A stretch of DNA of 64,000 nucleotides, taken from contig JAOUEV010000001.1 in the NCBI GenBank assembly GCA_029858565.1, positions 107,420-171,419 of the forward strand. Reading direction: 5' to 3'. Made by a program: the position numbers and the translations under genes. Each line of letters starts with the position of its first letter. The stretch's first letter is position 1. Shown here one piece after another: positions 34,489 to 44,885 of the stretch. This stretch comes from Nitrospirota bacterium (GTDB lineage Bacteria > Nitrospirota > UBA9217). The notes beneath the pieces are model-generated. The model saw only the letters and a list, made by a program, of their open reading frames with translations, had not been told where the DNA came from and ran no database searches.

Positions 34489-37044
34489 CTACATTGTCAT
34501 CCGAGGATCCTGCTGATCGTCCATCGGTCTTCTCTTGCCAAGAGCAGGCGATAAATTACTCAATTCCTCAGATCCGAAAATGAAGTATTGCGGTGATTCT
34601 GCCGGGTCTTCACTAAGATCGATCCGGAAATACTCTGATTGGCCGCCTATCATTTTGATCAATCTCGTGCCTGTGCTCTCTTTGCGAAGGTCTCCGCCCA
34701 CTTCCTGCTGGAACCTGTTCAACGCCTGGACCGAGTTCCATCCCGGGGACCAGTACCGGGAAATGAGCGGAGCGGGCGGCTGCTGTTCCGAGCCTTCCAT
34801 GGAAAAGGCGAGCGGGCTGTCCGCGTCATACGCGGGTTTTGGTTCATGAACGGTTCGGTCGGCGATCATGGAGGTCCTGCCGCTGTAACGGTGCGACTGG
34901 CGGGGAACCTTCTGGCCGGCGATCCGGAAACCTGCAGGAGGCACCAGATCGGCCAGCTCCGCGAAGAGCGGCAGTTCCCGGCTCATCTTGCGGATAATGT
35001 CGTCTAAGGTCGCGAAACCGCCGGGAGCCGGGTGTTGCGTCGCCATCATTATAGCATTGATCCACTTCCAGCCTGCTTGAATATCTCCTCTTGGCACGAA
35101 GACCTCATTGTACCGCTGCGGCCGGGTCTCGTAATTGATCAGCGTTCCGGATGATTCTGCAAAGGTCGCCGCGGGCAGGACAACGTCAGCCTGGTCAGCT
35201 GTTCGATGCATGATATGGTCAAGAACGATGATATTCTTCGCTCTTCCGAGGAACTGTTCGACGCTTGCTTCGTCAGCTCTGCGGTAGAGGTCGTTCTCCA
35301 GGATAATGACCGTGTCCGCTAAACCATCCTGCATGACCGTGAATGCCTCGTCAAGGGTCCTTCCGCCAAGGAGTGCTGCACCTAGGGTGTTGCATTCATG
35401 TACTGCGAATGCTAATTGCACAGCTTTTCCCTTTAGCTGGAGCGCCCGGGCGATGTTCGCTGCTGTTTGTACTACTCCCGTGCTTTGGCAGCCTGTCCCG
35501 GATACGATCAGAGGATGCTTGGCATTCATGAGAACCGTTGCGATCTCTTTGGCAAGAGCGTCAACGTCCTGCCCCCTCACTTCGGTCCTCTCTCCAGAGG
35601 ATAAGGGAGGGATATTGGGATCGAGCTTCTGAGATATCGCTGACGCCAGCCGAACAATGTCCTGGATCGGAACGTGCGCTGTCTTTGCCGCGACATCATC
35701 GAGCCGGGTCTCTGCAGGAGAAATGATGTAGACCGGGCTTTTCGCGCTCTGCCCTGCGTTCCGCACGGCATTATCGTCCCAGAGCGGCAGTTTCATGGCT
35801 GCCGCGATCTCGAACTGTTTGTTCCTGCTTGCCTGACGCACTGCAAGGGCCATCAGGGGGGCTGTATTCGGTAGGTCCTCGCCAAGTATCAGGACAGCAT
35901 CGGCGGCCTGTATCTCTCGGAGCGAAGGAGAAGAGGCAGGGCTGTTCTTCTGAATGTCGATAATCAGCGAAACAAGGGATTGTTCCTCGTTCCCAATGCC
36001 GCTGAAAAAGCTATTCTCCCCGGCCAGCGTTCTGAGAGCGAAGTTCGATTCCAGCGACGCACGGGGCGAGCCTATGGCTATGACGCCTTTTGCTTTGGAC
36101 AGGATATCGGCGATATGGGTGAGTACCGTCTCTCTATCAGCTGGCTTCCCCCCCTCGCCCCGGCCCTCTCCCGCGGGGGGAGAGGGAGATTTTACCAGGG
36201 GAGTGCGGATGCGCTTATGGCTGTTCACGAACTCGTACCCGAACCTGCCCCGGTCGCAGAGGAAATAACCGTTAATGTCGCGGTTATAGCGGTTCATGAT
36301 GCGCCGCAGAGACCCGTATCGTTCACCGGCGATGGTATTGCACCCCACGCCGCAATGGACGCAGATGGACGGCGCCGTCTGGAGGTCCCACTTGCGGGTG
36401 TAATGCTCCTTGAGGGTCTTGTCCGTGAACACGCCGGTGGGACAGATCTCGATCAGGTTGCCGCTGAACTCGCTTTCGAGGGGGCCGTCCGCGTGCCTGC
36501 CGAAATAGACGTGGTCGTGGGCGCCAAAGACGTTCAGGTCCCTGCCGCCGGCCACACCTCGATAGAAGCGGACGCAGCGGTAGCACTGGATGCAGCGGTT
36601 CATCTCATGATTGAGAAAGGGGCCCAGGTCCTGGTTCTGGTGCGTGCGTTTTCTGAAACGGCTCCGCCGATAATTATGGCCCGTCATGACCGTCATATCC
36701 TGGAGATGGCATTCTCCTCCTTCGTCGCAGACCGGACAGTCATGGGGATGGTTCAGCATGAGCTGTTCGACAATGCCCTTTCTGAACGCCCGGGCTTCGG
36801 GGTCGTCCACGGAGATGCGCAGTCCTTCGGAAACCGGCGTCATGCAGGACATGATGATGCGGCCCTTGGCATCCTTGTCATCCTTGTACTGCTTCACCGC
36901 GCATTGCCTGCATGCGCCCACGGCATGCAGGGCCGGGTGCCAGCAGAAGTAAGGCAGGTCAAAGCCCAGGGAGAGGCAGGCCTGGAGGAGGTTCTGGTCA
37001 GGCTTGACCTGGTGGGGTTTGTTGTCGATAAAAATCGTCACCAT
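34489..37044 (-). CDS. nuoG: NADH-quinone oxidoreductase subunit G (75-kDa subunit, extended molybdopterin-like C-terminal domain)
   Basis: N-terminal 2Fe-2S and 4Fe-4S Cys clusters (CxxxxCxxC...C, HxxxCxxC, CxxCxxCxxxC); 851 aa. Confidence 0.9.
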   Translation of the reverse strand: MVTIFIDNKPHQVKPDQNLLQACLSLGFDLPYFCWHPALHAVGACRQCAVKQYKDDKDAKGRIIMSCMTPVSEGLRISVDDPEARAFRKGIVEQLMLNHPHDCPVCDEGGECHLQDMTVMTGHNYRRSRFRKRTHQNQDLGPFLNHEMNRCIQCYRCVRFYRGVAGGRDLNVFGAHDHVYFGRHADGPLESEFSGNLIEICPTGVFTDKTLKEHYTRKWDLQTAPSICVHCGVGCNTIAGERYGSLRRIMNRYNRDINGYFLCDRGRFGYEFVNSHKRIRTPLVKSPSPPAGEGRGEGGKPADRETVLTHIADILSKAKGVIAIGSPRASLESNFALRTLAGENSFFSGIGNEEQSLVSLIIDIQKNSPASSPSLREIQAADAVLILGEDLPNTAPLMALAVRQASRNKQFEIAAAMKLPLWDDNAVRNAGQSAKSPVYIISPAETRLDDVAAKTAHVPIQDIVRLASAISQKLDPNIPPLSSGERTEVRGQDVDALAKEIATVLMNAKHPLIVSGTGCQSTGVVQTAANIARALQLKGKAVQLAFAVHECNTLGAALLGGRTLDEAFTVMQDGLADTVIILENDLYRRADEASVEQFLGRAKNIIVLDHIMHRTADQADVVLPAATFAESSGTLINYETRPQRYNEVFVPRGDIQAGWKWINAIMMATQHPAPGGFATLDDIIRKMSRELPLFAELADLVPPAGFRIAGQKVPRQSHRYSGRTSMIADRTVHEPKPAYDADSPLAFSMEGSEQQPPAPLISRYWSPGWNSVQALNRFQQEVGGDLRKESTGTRLIKMIGGQSEYFRIDLSEDPAESPQYFIFGSEELSNLSPALGKRRPMDDQQDPRMTM

Positions 37045-37050
37045 AGACTT

Positions 37051-37527
37051 TTAGCCACGGAAGAGGCGGATACTTCTATAAAAAAGCACAGTAAACCTCT
37101 TTTGCGAACGTAAGGATTATCTAAAGTACACGACGGACTATTTTCAATTTATCAGCGAAATTGATGAGAAGGCCTACTTTCTTGCCGGTGGCCTTCAGGT
37201 AATTGATAAGCTGTGCTTCGTGAATCTTTGCCAGCTCAGAAACTGCTTTAAGTTCGACTATGACGGCGTCCTCGACAAGAAGGTCAGCGAAATATTCACC
37301 TACGAGCTTTTCCTCAAAGAATACGCTGATGGGAGCTTGTTGGCCCGCTTGCAGGCCTTTTGAAGCCAGCTTGATCATCATGGCATTCTCATATACTTTC
37401 TCGGCAAAACCAAAGCCCAGCTGATTATGAACGTCGTAGGCAGCAGAAATGATCTTGTCGGTAATATCGGCAAGATGCAGGTTCGATTCTGTTGTTGTCA
37501 TGTGTTATCCGCCTCTTCCGTGGCTAA
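37051..37527 (-). mobile_element. GxxExxY gene cassette bounded by perfect 22-bp inverted repeats (TTAGCCACGGAAGAGGCGGATA / TATCCGCCTCTTCCGTGGCTAA) inserted between nuoG and nuoF
   Basis: IR at 37051..37072 and 37506..37527 are exact reverse complements; enclosed segment is about 42% GC versus about 60% flanks; right IR overlaps the nuoF stop codon. Confidence 0.55.
37121..37501 (-). CDS. GxxExxY family protein (PD-(D/E)XK-like small protein)
   Basis: 126 aa with G-F-G-F-A-E-K-V-Y-E (GxxExxY) motif near N-terminus, conserved acidic residues downstream; low GC. Confidence 0.7.
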   Translation of the reverse strand: MTTTESNLHLADITDKIISAAYDVHNQLGFGFAEKVYENAMMIKLASKGLQAGQQAPISVFFEEKLVGEYFADLLVEDAVIVELKAVSELAKIHEAQLINYLKATGKKVGLLINFADKLKIVRRVL

Positions 37528-38804
37528 ATAGATTTCCAGGGACAATGTTTGTTGTTGATATGCGATTCAAAATCCTCCAGGAAATACTTCAACGCGCTCT
37601 GGAGAGGCTCCACCGCTCCCGGCGCCAGGGCGCAGAAGGTATTGCCCGGTCCGAGAAGCCTGCACTGTTCCGTAAGCAGGTCCAGATCTGACATTTCGCC
37701 CTTGCCTGTCTCAATGGCCTGGAGCGTCCTTTCGATCCATGGCAGGCCTTCGCGGCAGGGCGTGCACCAGCCACAGGACTCGCGGCGGAAGAACTTTTCC
37801 AGACTATGCACGAACCCGACCGGGCAGGTCCGGTCATCGAGCACGGTGATCGTCCCGGTGCCCATGCGGCTGCCCGCTTTCATGACCGAGTCGAAGTCCA
37901 TTCTGACGTTCATGTGATCCGGCGTCAGGAAGTCGGTTGAAGCGCCGCCAGGCATAAATGCCCTCAGGCGGTAACCATCCATCATGCCCCCGGCCTGCTC
38001 CTCGATCAGGTCGCTGACCATCGTTCCCATGGGCAATTCCCAGAGACCCGGGTTCCTGACCCTGCCGCTGACTCCATAGATCTTCGTACCGCTATCATTG
38101 ATCCCGCCGATCGACTTGAACCAGTCAGCACCGTTGTTCACGATATGGGGAAGGTTTACCACCGTTTCCACATTGTTCACTACCGTCGGCCGTCCCCAGA
38201 GACCGGAGACCTGGGGAAAGGGCGGTTTGGCGCGCGGGGTGGCGCGTTTGCCTTCCAGCGCATTTATCAAGGCGGTCTCTTCGCCGCAGATATACCTGCC
38301 GGCGCTGGTGTGGATCCGCAGATCAAGCGAGAATCCGGAGCCGAGGATGTTTTCGCCCAACAGCTTATTTTCGTATGCTTCTGCAATGGCCTTGTTCAGC
38401 AGCAGCTCCGCACGGCCGTATCCCTGGCGCAGGAATATGTACGCATGGGAAGCCTGGATCGCATAAGCGGCCACGACGATGCCTTCAATGAGCTGGTGAG
38501 GATCTCCTTCGAGCAGGTAACGGTCCTTGAACGCTCCTGGCTCCATTTCATCGGCATTCACAATGAAGTACTTTTGTTTTGGCGCGTTCTCACCCATGGG
38601 CACAAAGCTCCACTTCATGCCTGTGGGAAAACCCGCGCCGCCGCGACCCCGAAGGTTCGATGCCTTTACTTGGACCTGCACATCCTGCGGGGACATGGTC
38701 GAGAGCATCGTACGGACGGCCCGGTATCCGCCGGCCTGCTCGTATTCCATGAGCGATAGCGGGTCCTCGTTGGGCCGGATGTTCTTTGTCAGTGGTCGTT
38801 CCAT
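37524..38804 (-). CDS. nuoF: NADH-quinone oxidoreductase subunit F
   Basis: FMN/NADH-binding glycine-rich motifs, 4Fe-4S CxxCxxC...C (ESCGWCTPC). Confidence 0.95.
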   Translation of the reverse strand: MERPLTKNIRPNEDPLSLMEYEQAGGYRAVRTMLSTMSPQDVQVQVKASNLRGRGGAGFPTGMKWSFVPMGENAPKQKYFIVNADEMEPGAFKDRYLLEGDPHQLIEGIVVAAYAIQASHAYIFLRQGYGRAELLLNKAIAEAYENKLLGENILGSGFSLDLRIHTSAGRYICGEETALINALEGKRATPRAKPPFPQVSGLWGRPTVVNNVETVVNLPHIVNNGADWFKSIGGINDSGTKIYGVSGRVRNPGLWELPMGTMVSDLIEEQAGGMMDGYRLRAFMPGGASTDFLTPDHMNVRMDFDSVMKAGSRMGTGTITVLDDRTCPVGFVHSLEKFFRRESCGWCTPCREGLPWIERTLQAIETGKGEMSDLDLLTEQCRLLGPGNTFCALAPGAVEPLQSALKYFLEDFESHINNKHCPWKSI

Positions 38805-38907
38805 AGAATCTTATTTAGACACTGAGGACACTGAAAAAATATGAATGACTCAACATCAGAAGTTTCTTCGTCTTCTCATATGTTGTCAGTGTCCTCAGTG
38901 TCTAAAA

Positions 38908-39372
38908 TCAGCTGTATTTGCTTAATATCTCATCAATTGTTTCCGGCGTCACCGGTCCGAACAGTTCGTCGTCCACCATCATGGCAGGCGCGCGGTCGCA
39001 GGCGCCGAGGCATGAGGCAGGGAGGAGCGTGAACCTGTTGTCTCCGGTTGTCTCGCCGTATCCGATCCCGAGCTTTGTGCTGATCAGCTTATACAGGTCA
39101 TCATGCCCCAGGGACCAGCAGACCATGCTGTCGCAGAGCGCGATCACATGGCGGCCGACAGGCTTGCGGAAGATGAAGCTGTAGAACGTGGCAACAGCGT
39201 CCAGTTCGGCAGGCGTCATGGAGAGCTGCGCTGCAACATCCCGCAGGCTCGCGTCGGATACCCATCCTCGCTTTTTCTGCACCACGCGCAAGGCCTCGAT
39301 GGCCGCCGCTTCCGGCCGTTCGCAGTGCTTCAGTTCCTCGGATATTTCCTGTTTTTCCTGCTCAGTCAGCAT
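38908..39372 (-). CDS. nuoE: NADH-quinone oxidoreductase subunit E
   Basis: thioredoxin-like 2Fe-2S Cys pattern (CDSMVC...CLGAC). Confidence 0.9.
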   Translation of the reverse strand: MLTEQEKQEISEELKHCERPEAAAIEALRVVQKKRGWVSDASLRDVAAQLSMTPAELDAVATFYSFIFRKPVGRHVIALCDSMVCWSLGHDDLYKLISTKLGIGYGETTGDNRFTLLPASCLGACDRAPAMMVDDELFGPVTPETIDEILSKYS

Positions 39373-39446
39373 ATCCAGTCAATTCCTGCCTCCAGGGGGG
39401 AGAGGGGCCTATATATCTGATCTTACCCTGCGTCTCCGTGTCCAAT

Positions 39447-41195
39447 TTATCTATCCAAATCCGCCAGAATAAAATCAATGCTCCCCAGGATCGCCATGAG
39501 GTCGGCGATCATCAGACCTTTTGCGATCTTCGGCACCATCTGCATGTGCGGGAACGAAGGCGTGCGGATGCGGGTGCGGTAGGAGTGGATGCCTCCGTCG
39601 CTCACGAGATAATATCCGTTGCTGCCCTTTGTCGCTTCGATGCCCATGAACGCCTCGCCCGCTGGTATGACCGGGCCCCAGGATAGGCCCAGAAAATGGG
39701 TGATCAGGGTCTCAATGTCCTTCAGGGTCCGTTCCTTGCGCGGCGGGGTCGTGAGCGGGTGATCGGATTTATAGGATCCCTCGGGCATGTTCTTCATGCA
39801 CTGTTCAACGATCCGCATGCTCTGGCGGATCTCCTCGATGCGGACCACGGCGCGGTCATAGCAGTCGCCGTTCACTGCAGTGGGGATATCGAAGTCGAAC
39901 ATCTCGTAGCCCGAGTAAGGCCGCTTCCTTCGAAAGTCCCAATCGAGTCCGCAGGCGCGGAGACCCGGTCCGGTCACTCCCCACTCGACCGCATCTTCGA
40001 GCGAATAGGCGCCGACTCCCCGGGTCCTTCCTTTGAAGATGCTGTTCCGCATGACGATACTGTCGTATTCCTTGAGCCGGTGCGGAAGATAGGCGAGGAA
40101 ATCCCTCACCAGCCGGTCCCAGCCTTTTGGCAGGTCCTGAGAAACACCGCCGATCCGGAACCAGGCCGGGTGCATGCGGCCGCCGCAGACCGCTTCGACG
40201 ATCTCAAAGACCTTTTCCCGGTCAGAGAAAGTGTAGAACACCGGAGACAAGGCCCCCACGTCCTGGGCAAAGGTGCCGTACCAGACCAGATGGCTCTGGA
40301 TGCGGAACAGCTCTGCCATCATCACGCGGATAACCTTTACCCGGTCGGGCACCTCGATCCCCGCGAGCTTCTCGACCGCCAGTACATATGCCAGGTTGTT
40401 CATGACACCGCCGAAGTAGTCGATGCGGTCCGTGTAGGGAATGAAGGTGTGCCAGGTCTGGCGCTCGGCCATCTTTTCCGCGCCGCGGTGATGATAGCCG
40501 ATGTCCGGGACAGCGTCCACGATCTCTTCTCCGTCGAGCTGCAGGATGATGCGCAGGAGACCGTGCGTACCCGGGTGCTGGGGGCCAAGGTTCAGGAACA
40601 GGTGGTCCGTGCCGTCCTTTGCCGGCGCCATGCCCCATTCCTCGGGCCGGAACTTGAGCGCCTGCTGCGCAATGTCCATCTGGTCCTCGGGCATGCGGAA
40701 CTGTCCCATTTCCGTTGCCCGCGCGGGATGCTCCTTCCTGAGCGGGTGGCCTTCCCATGCGGGCGGCAGCAGGATGCGCTTGAGATGGGGGTGGCCGTTG
40801 AAGCGGATGCCGAAGAGGTCCCATGCTTCCCGTTCGTACCAGTTCGCGTTCCGCCAGAGTCCGGTGATGGACGGCAGGGTGTGAGTATCTCCCAGGAGCG
40901 GGACCTTGATCCTGATGTCCTCGTTCCGGTCAAAGGACAGCAGGTGGTACACAACAGTGAAATCGGACATGGGCTGGTCTGGTCTGTTCGTCCGCGTGCG
41001 TTCGTCAATGACCGTGAGGTCATAGAGCATTTTGTAGGGCCGGCCGATCTTCGTCTTGAGATGCAGGAGTACGTCGGCGGTCCGGTCAGGGGAGATCCAG
41101 AGCGTGGGGATGTTGTCCTTTGCGGGCTGTACCGCGAGGATCGCGGGGCCGAAGGAGCTGCTTAGGTCGGCGATGATAGGGTTAGGAAAAGTCAT
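39447..41195 (-). CDS. nuoCD: fused NADH-quinone oxidoreductase subunits C and D
   Basis: 582 aa; N-terminal NuoC (30-kDa) region then NuoD (49-kDa) region. Confidence 0.9.
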   Translation of the reverse strand: MTFPNPIIADLSSSFGPAILAVQPAKDNIPTLWISPDRTADVLLHLKTKIGRPYKMLYDLTVIDERTRTNRPDQPMSDFTVVYHLLSFDRNEDIRIKVPLLGDTHTLPSITGLWRNANWYEREAWDLFGIRFNGHPHLKRILLPPAWEGHPLRKEHPARATEMGQFRMPEDQMDIAQQALKFRPEEWGMAPAKDGTDHLFLNLGPQHPGTHGLLRIILQLDGEEIVDAVPDIGYHHRGAEKMAERQTWHTFIPYTDRIDYFGGVMNNLAYVLAVEKLAGIEVPDRVKVIRVMMAELFRIQSHLVWYGTFAQDVGALSPVFYTFSDREKVFEIVEAVCGGRMHPAWFRIGGVSQDLPKGWDRLVRDFLAYLPHRLKEYDSIVMRNSIFKGRTRGVGAYSLEDAVEWGVTGPGLRACGLDWDFRRKRPYSGYEMFDFDIPTAVNGDCYDRAVVRIEEIRQSMRIVEQCMKNMPEGSYKSDHPLTTPPRKERTLKDIETLITHFLGLSWGPVIPAGEAFMGIEATKGSNGYYLVSDGGIHSYRTRIRTPSFPHMQMVPKIAKGLMIADLMAILGSIDFILADLDR

Positions 41196-41376
41196 AAAAA
41201 CAAGCCATGTTTTACCGCAGAGGACGCGGAGGACGCCGAGAAAAGCCTAAAAAAAGCGCAAGAGCCGATCCTGTTTTAGAAGGATAAAACTAATGCAAAC
41301 AGGCTCATATGCTCCATAAGAATATATCTGACCTTTGAATTTCTCTGCGTCCTCTGCGGTGAAAAAGCCGTTTTTG

Positions 41377-41991
41377 TTAGACTTCATCGGGTGAACGCAG
41401 CACCGAAGCCTTCACCCGTTCCGCCCGCTTCATATCCCTCATGCATGGCGGTTCGGGAGCGGTCGTATCCTGCCGTCCCGCGACCCAGGACAGGGGGCGT
41501 TTCTCCTTGCCCACCTTGGCGCTCAGGAGCAGGAGCCCTTCCATGAAGGCTTCGGGCCGGGGAGGGCAGCCGGGAACGTAGACGTCAACGGGCAGGAGCT
41601 TGTCGACTCCCTGGACCACGCTGTAGATATCGTACATGCCGCCGGAATTGGCGCAGGAGCCCATGGAGATTACCCAGCGGGGCTCCATCATCTGTTCGTA
41701 GAGCCGTTTGATCACCGGCGCCATCTTGATGAACACCGTGCCGGCCACGATCATGAGGTCAGCTTCGCGGGGCGTGCCCCGGAGCACTTCTGCGCCATAC
41801 CGCGCGATGTCGTACTTGCTCGTAAGGCTGGCGGCCATCTCCACGTAGCAGCACGAGAGGCCGAAATTGAAGGGCCAGATCGAGTTCTTCCGGCCCCAGG
41901 CGACCATGTCCTCAAGCCGCGTCAGGAGCAGGCTTTGGCGCACTGCGTCGTCAATGTCTGGGATGCTGCTTCTGGTTGTAGACCAGTTCAT
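41377..41991 (-). CDS. nuoB: NADH-quinone oxidoreductase subunit B
   Basis: N2 cluster Cys motifs ([20 protein letters not shown]); C-terminal about 40-aa extension. Confidence 0.95.
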   Translation of the reverse strand: MNWSTTRSSIPDIDDAVRQSLLLTRLEDMVAWGRKNSIWPFNFGLSCCYVEMAASLTSKYDIARYGAEVLRGTPREADLMIVAGTVFIKMAPVIKRLYEQMMEPRWVISMGSCANSGGMYDIYSVVQGVDKLLPVDVYVPGCPPRPEAFMEGLLLLSAKVGKEKRPLSWVAGRQDTTAPEPPCMRDMKRAERVKASVLRSPDEV

Positions 41992-42136
41992 ACGTTATAA
42001 TCCCCGGAGCGGGTCAGCTTTAGAGCTTTAAGCGGTAGAGCGGTAAGCAGCCACAACCAGTTATAGAGCATTAAGCGGTAGAACCGTTAGCAACCGACTG
42101 TTTATCTTCCCTTTGTGCCTGCTTACGGCTTATCGC

Positions 42137-42553
42137 TTACTGCTTGCGACTCGATTTAACCTTTCCCCAGTCAAGAGCTCCCTGACGCAAGATGTACATG
42201 AACGCGACGGCGAACACCCCGGTGAACAGCAGGACCTCCACGTACCCGGTCCACCCGATCTCCCTCACCGACAGTGCCCAGATGTACAGATAGACCGCCT
42301 CGACATCGAAGATAAGAAAGAACATGGCGATGAGGTAGAACTTGACGTCGAACCGGCCGCCCACGGTGCCGGTGGACTGTACCCCGGACTCATAGGGCTC
42401 ATCGGTCGCGCGCTCATGGTGGCGCTGGCCAAGCAGGGCCGAGAGCGCAACAATGAACGCGACAATGGTGACCGTCGCAAGGAAGTACAGGACCAGCGGG
42501 AACAAAGGACCATCCAAGGCGATTTCGCTCCTGTTATTGCTTTTCTCAAGCAT
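42137..42553 (-). CDS. nuoA: NADH-quinone oxidoreductase subunit A
   Basis: 3 TM helices, NuoA/ND3 length; start set at internal MLEKSN Met. Confidence 0.8.
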   Translation of the reverse strand: MLEKSNNRSEIALDGPLFPLVLYFLATVTIVAFIVALSALLGQRHHERATDEPYESGVQSTGTVGGRFDVKFYLIAMFFLIFDVEAVYLYIWALSVREIGWTGYVEVLLFTGVFAVAFMYILRQGALDWGKVKSSRKQ

Positions 42554-42702
42554 ACCGAGTGCCCGGGGGAATGTCAAGCAGGCATAAGCGGAATGCGCGG
42601 TCCGCGCGGGTCTTTCATTCGGCCATATAGCCGTTGACAAGTCCTGTCAACGCTGCTAATCTACACAGGTCTGCGCCAAACCACCATACTGAAGGAGAGA
42701 AC

Positions 42703-43416
42703 ATGAAGAGAACGGTCACCATGCTAGTGTGTCTGTGCCTGATAGCGCCGGCCGCGATAGCGGCGGAGAAGGGCAAGTTCAAGACCAAGAAAGAACAGCT
42801 GAGCTACAGCCTCGGCTATGATATGGCAACCAATTTCAAGCGGACCGAGCTCGACGTCGATCCCGCCATGATCATGCAGGGAATGAAGGATGCCCAGGCC
42901 GGAAAACCGAAAATGTCAGAAGAGGAGATGCGCGAGGTCCTGATGGAGGCTCAGCAGAAGTTCCGGACCAAGCAGCAGGAGCTGATGGCGAAGCAGCAGG
43001 AACAGCGCAAATCACAGGGGGAGAAGAATAAGAAGGAAGGCGAGGCTTTTCTTGAAGAGAACAAGAAAAAACCGGGCATCGTGACGCTGCCGAGCGGTCT
43101 GCAGTACAAGATGCTTGTGGAAGGAAAGGGCAAATCGCCCAAGGCAACGGACAAGGTTACGGTCAACTATCGGGGGACGCTGATCGACGGAACCGAGTTC
43201 GACAGTTCCTATAAGCGCAATCAACCGGCGACGTTCGCGCTGAACCAGGTCATCAAGGCCTGGACCGAAGGCGTCCAGCTCATGAAAGAAGGCGGGAAGA
43301 TCCAGCTTTTTGTGCCGTCCGAGCTTGGATATGGAGACCGGGGCGCGGGAGCGCAGATCGGACCCAACGCCGTGCTGATCTTCGAGGTCGAGCTGATCTC
43401 GGTGGCGGCTGAGTAG
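42703..43416 (+). CDS. fkpA: FKBP-type peptidyl-prolyl cis-trans isomerase with signal peptide (FkpA-like)
   Basis: signal peptide, helical dimerisation region, C-terminal FKBP domain (GLQYKMLVEG...YGDRGAG); GAAGGAGAG SD. Confidence 0.85.
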   Translation: MKRTVTMLVCLCLIAPAAIAAEKGKFKTKKEQLSYSLGYDMATNFKRTELDVDPAMIMQGMKDAQAGKPKMSEEEMREVLMEAQQKFRTKQQELMAKQQEQRKSQGEKNKKEGEAFLEENKKKPGIVTLPSGLQYKMLVEGKGKSPKATDKVTVNYRGTLIDGTEFDSSYKRNQPATFALNQVIKAWTEGVQLMKEGGKIQLFVPSELGYGDRGAGAQIGPNAVLIFEVELISVAAE

Positions 43417-43448
43417 GCCGGATCGGTGCCGGCGGCCCGGAGGATACC

Positions 43449-44096
43449 GTGGTGAAACAACTCTTCAGAGTGTTGATCGCATCTGCGATACTGCTGGCGG
43501 GTGTCCTGGCGGCAGGCGCGGAAGCGGCTGAACAAACACCAACGACCGCTGACGCATGGTTCTTTCGCGGAGGGGAGCTCGCGTCGCAGGGCGCTCTGGA
43601 AGCGGCGCATAATGCGTTCTCAAAAGCGATCGAGATGAATGCGCGCATGGCCGAGGCCTTTGTCAGCAGGGGCATGGTGCACGAGCGGTTGAGAAGAACG
43701 AAGGAGGCGATCGCAGATTATACATCCGCTCTCGCCATCAACAGGAACTTCGCGCAGGCATACAACAACCGGGGGATGGTCCTGTTCCGCGGCCAGCGGT
43801 TCCAGCCTGCCTTGGACGACTTGAGCGAGGCTGTCAGCCTTGATGGGAATAACTCGTCCTATCGGGCTAACCGGGCTGCCGTCTATGCCCGCCTGAAGAA
43901 CTACGACAAGGCCATCGCGGACTATACCGCGGCGGTCCTGATCGATCCGGACAATGCCGATGCCTACGCCGGTCGGGGAGCCGCTCACTATTCCCGGGGG
44001 GATCGCTCCAAGGCCGTGACCGACCTGAAATTGGCCTGTTCGCGAGGCAGCGAAGCAGGATGCAGGAGCCTGAAGGCTGTGAACGGCCGAAAGTGA
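43449..44096 (+). CDS. secreted TPR-repeat protein
   Basis: signal peptide then 5 TPR-like 34-aa repeats (AxxYxxRG consensus). Confidence 0.7.
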   Translation: MVKQLFRVLIASAILLAGVLAAGAEAAEQTPTTADAWFFRGGELASQGALEAAHNAFSKAIEMNARMAEAFVSRGMVHERLRRTKEAIADYTSALAINRNFAQAYNNRGMVLFRGQRFQPALDDLSEAVSLDGNNSSYRANRAAVYARLKNYDKAIADYTAAVLIDPDNADAYAGRGAAHYSRGDRSKAVTDLKLACSRGSEAGCRSLKAVNGRK

Positions 44097-44103
44097 GGCG
44101 ATA

Positions 44104-44679
44104 ATGAAAGTGCTGGCTATCAATGGAAGCGCGCGCAAGGACGGGAACACGGCGCTGCTGCTCAACACGGTCATGGCCGAGCTTTCGACCCAGGGGATCG
44201 AGACCGAGCTCTACCAGCTGGCGGGCAAGCCCATCCAGGGCTGCATTGCCTGTTATAAGTGTTTTCAGAACAAGAACAAACGGTGCGCAGTGGACAAGGA
44301 CATTGCCAACGAATGCATCGAGAAGATGCTTTCCGCCGACGGCATCCTCCTGGGTTCGCCGACCTATTTTGCCGACCTGTCCGCAGGCATGAAGGCCCTG
44401 ATCGAACGGAGCGGCATGGTCGCCAGGGCCAACGGGAACATGTTCCGCAGAAAAGCCGGGGCAGGGGTCGTAGCCGTTCGACGGGCCGGCGCCATGCACG
44501 TATTCAGCTCGCTGAACGCCTTCTTTCTGATCAGCGAAATGGTCATCCCGGGATCGAGCTACTGGAACCTGGGGCGGGGCAGGGAACCGGGCGAGGTCAG
44601 GAACGACGAGGAAGGCATGCAGACCATGAAGACGCTGGGCCAGAACATGGCCTGGCTGATGAAGCAGCTGGGGAAATAA
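44104..44679 (+). CDS. NADPH-dependent FMN reductase / iron-sulfur flavoprotein-like
   Basis: MKVLAINGSARKDGNT flavodoxin-like N-terminus, compact Cys cluster CIACYKC...C. Confidence 0.7.
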   Translation: MKVLAINGSARKDGNTALLLNTVMAELSTQGIETELYQLAGKPIQGCIACYKCFQNKNKRCAVDKDIANECIEKMLSADGILLGSPTYFADLSAGMKALIERSGMVARANGNMFRRKAGAGVVAVRRAGAMHVFSSLNAFFLISEMVIPGSSYWNLGRGREPGEVRNDEEGMQTMKTLGQNMAWLMKQLGK

Positions 44680-44885
44680 CGGCGAATCTTTAAAAGCTAT
44701 TTATCGCACGAAGCCGCGAAGACACGAAGAAAAATAAAGGCGACTCTTATGAGCCGCCTTTATTTGTGAGTGATGGTAAGTCTTGCCCCCTCTCCCGACA
44801 AGGATGAGGGGCCGCATACGTGATGATCTTGGCGGTTGCTTTTTGCTGTTTCGCACTTCCTTGCTGCTTGCTACGGGCCCTGCCT

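Noticed and set aside
39696-41165. 489-aa plus-strand ORF opposite nuoCD, and 35980..37113 plus-strand ORF opposite nuoG
   Set aside because: Antisense to conserved nuo genes; no recognisable motifs.
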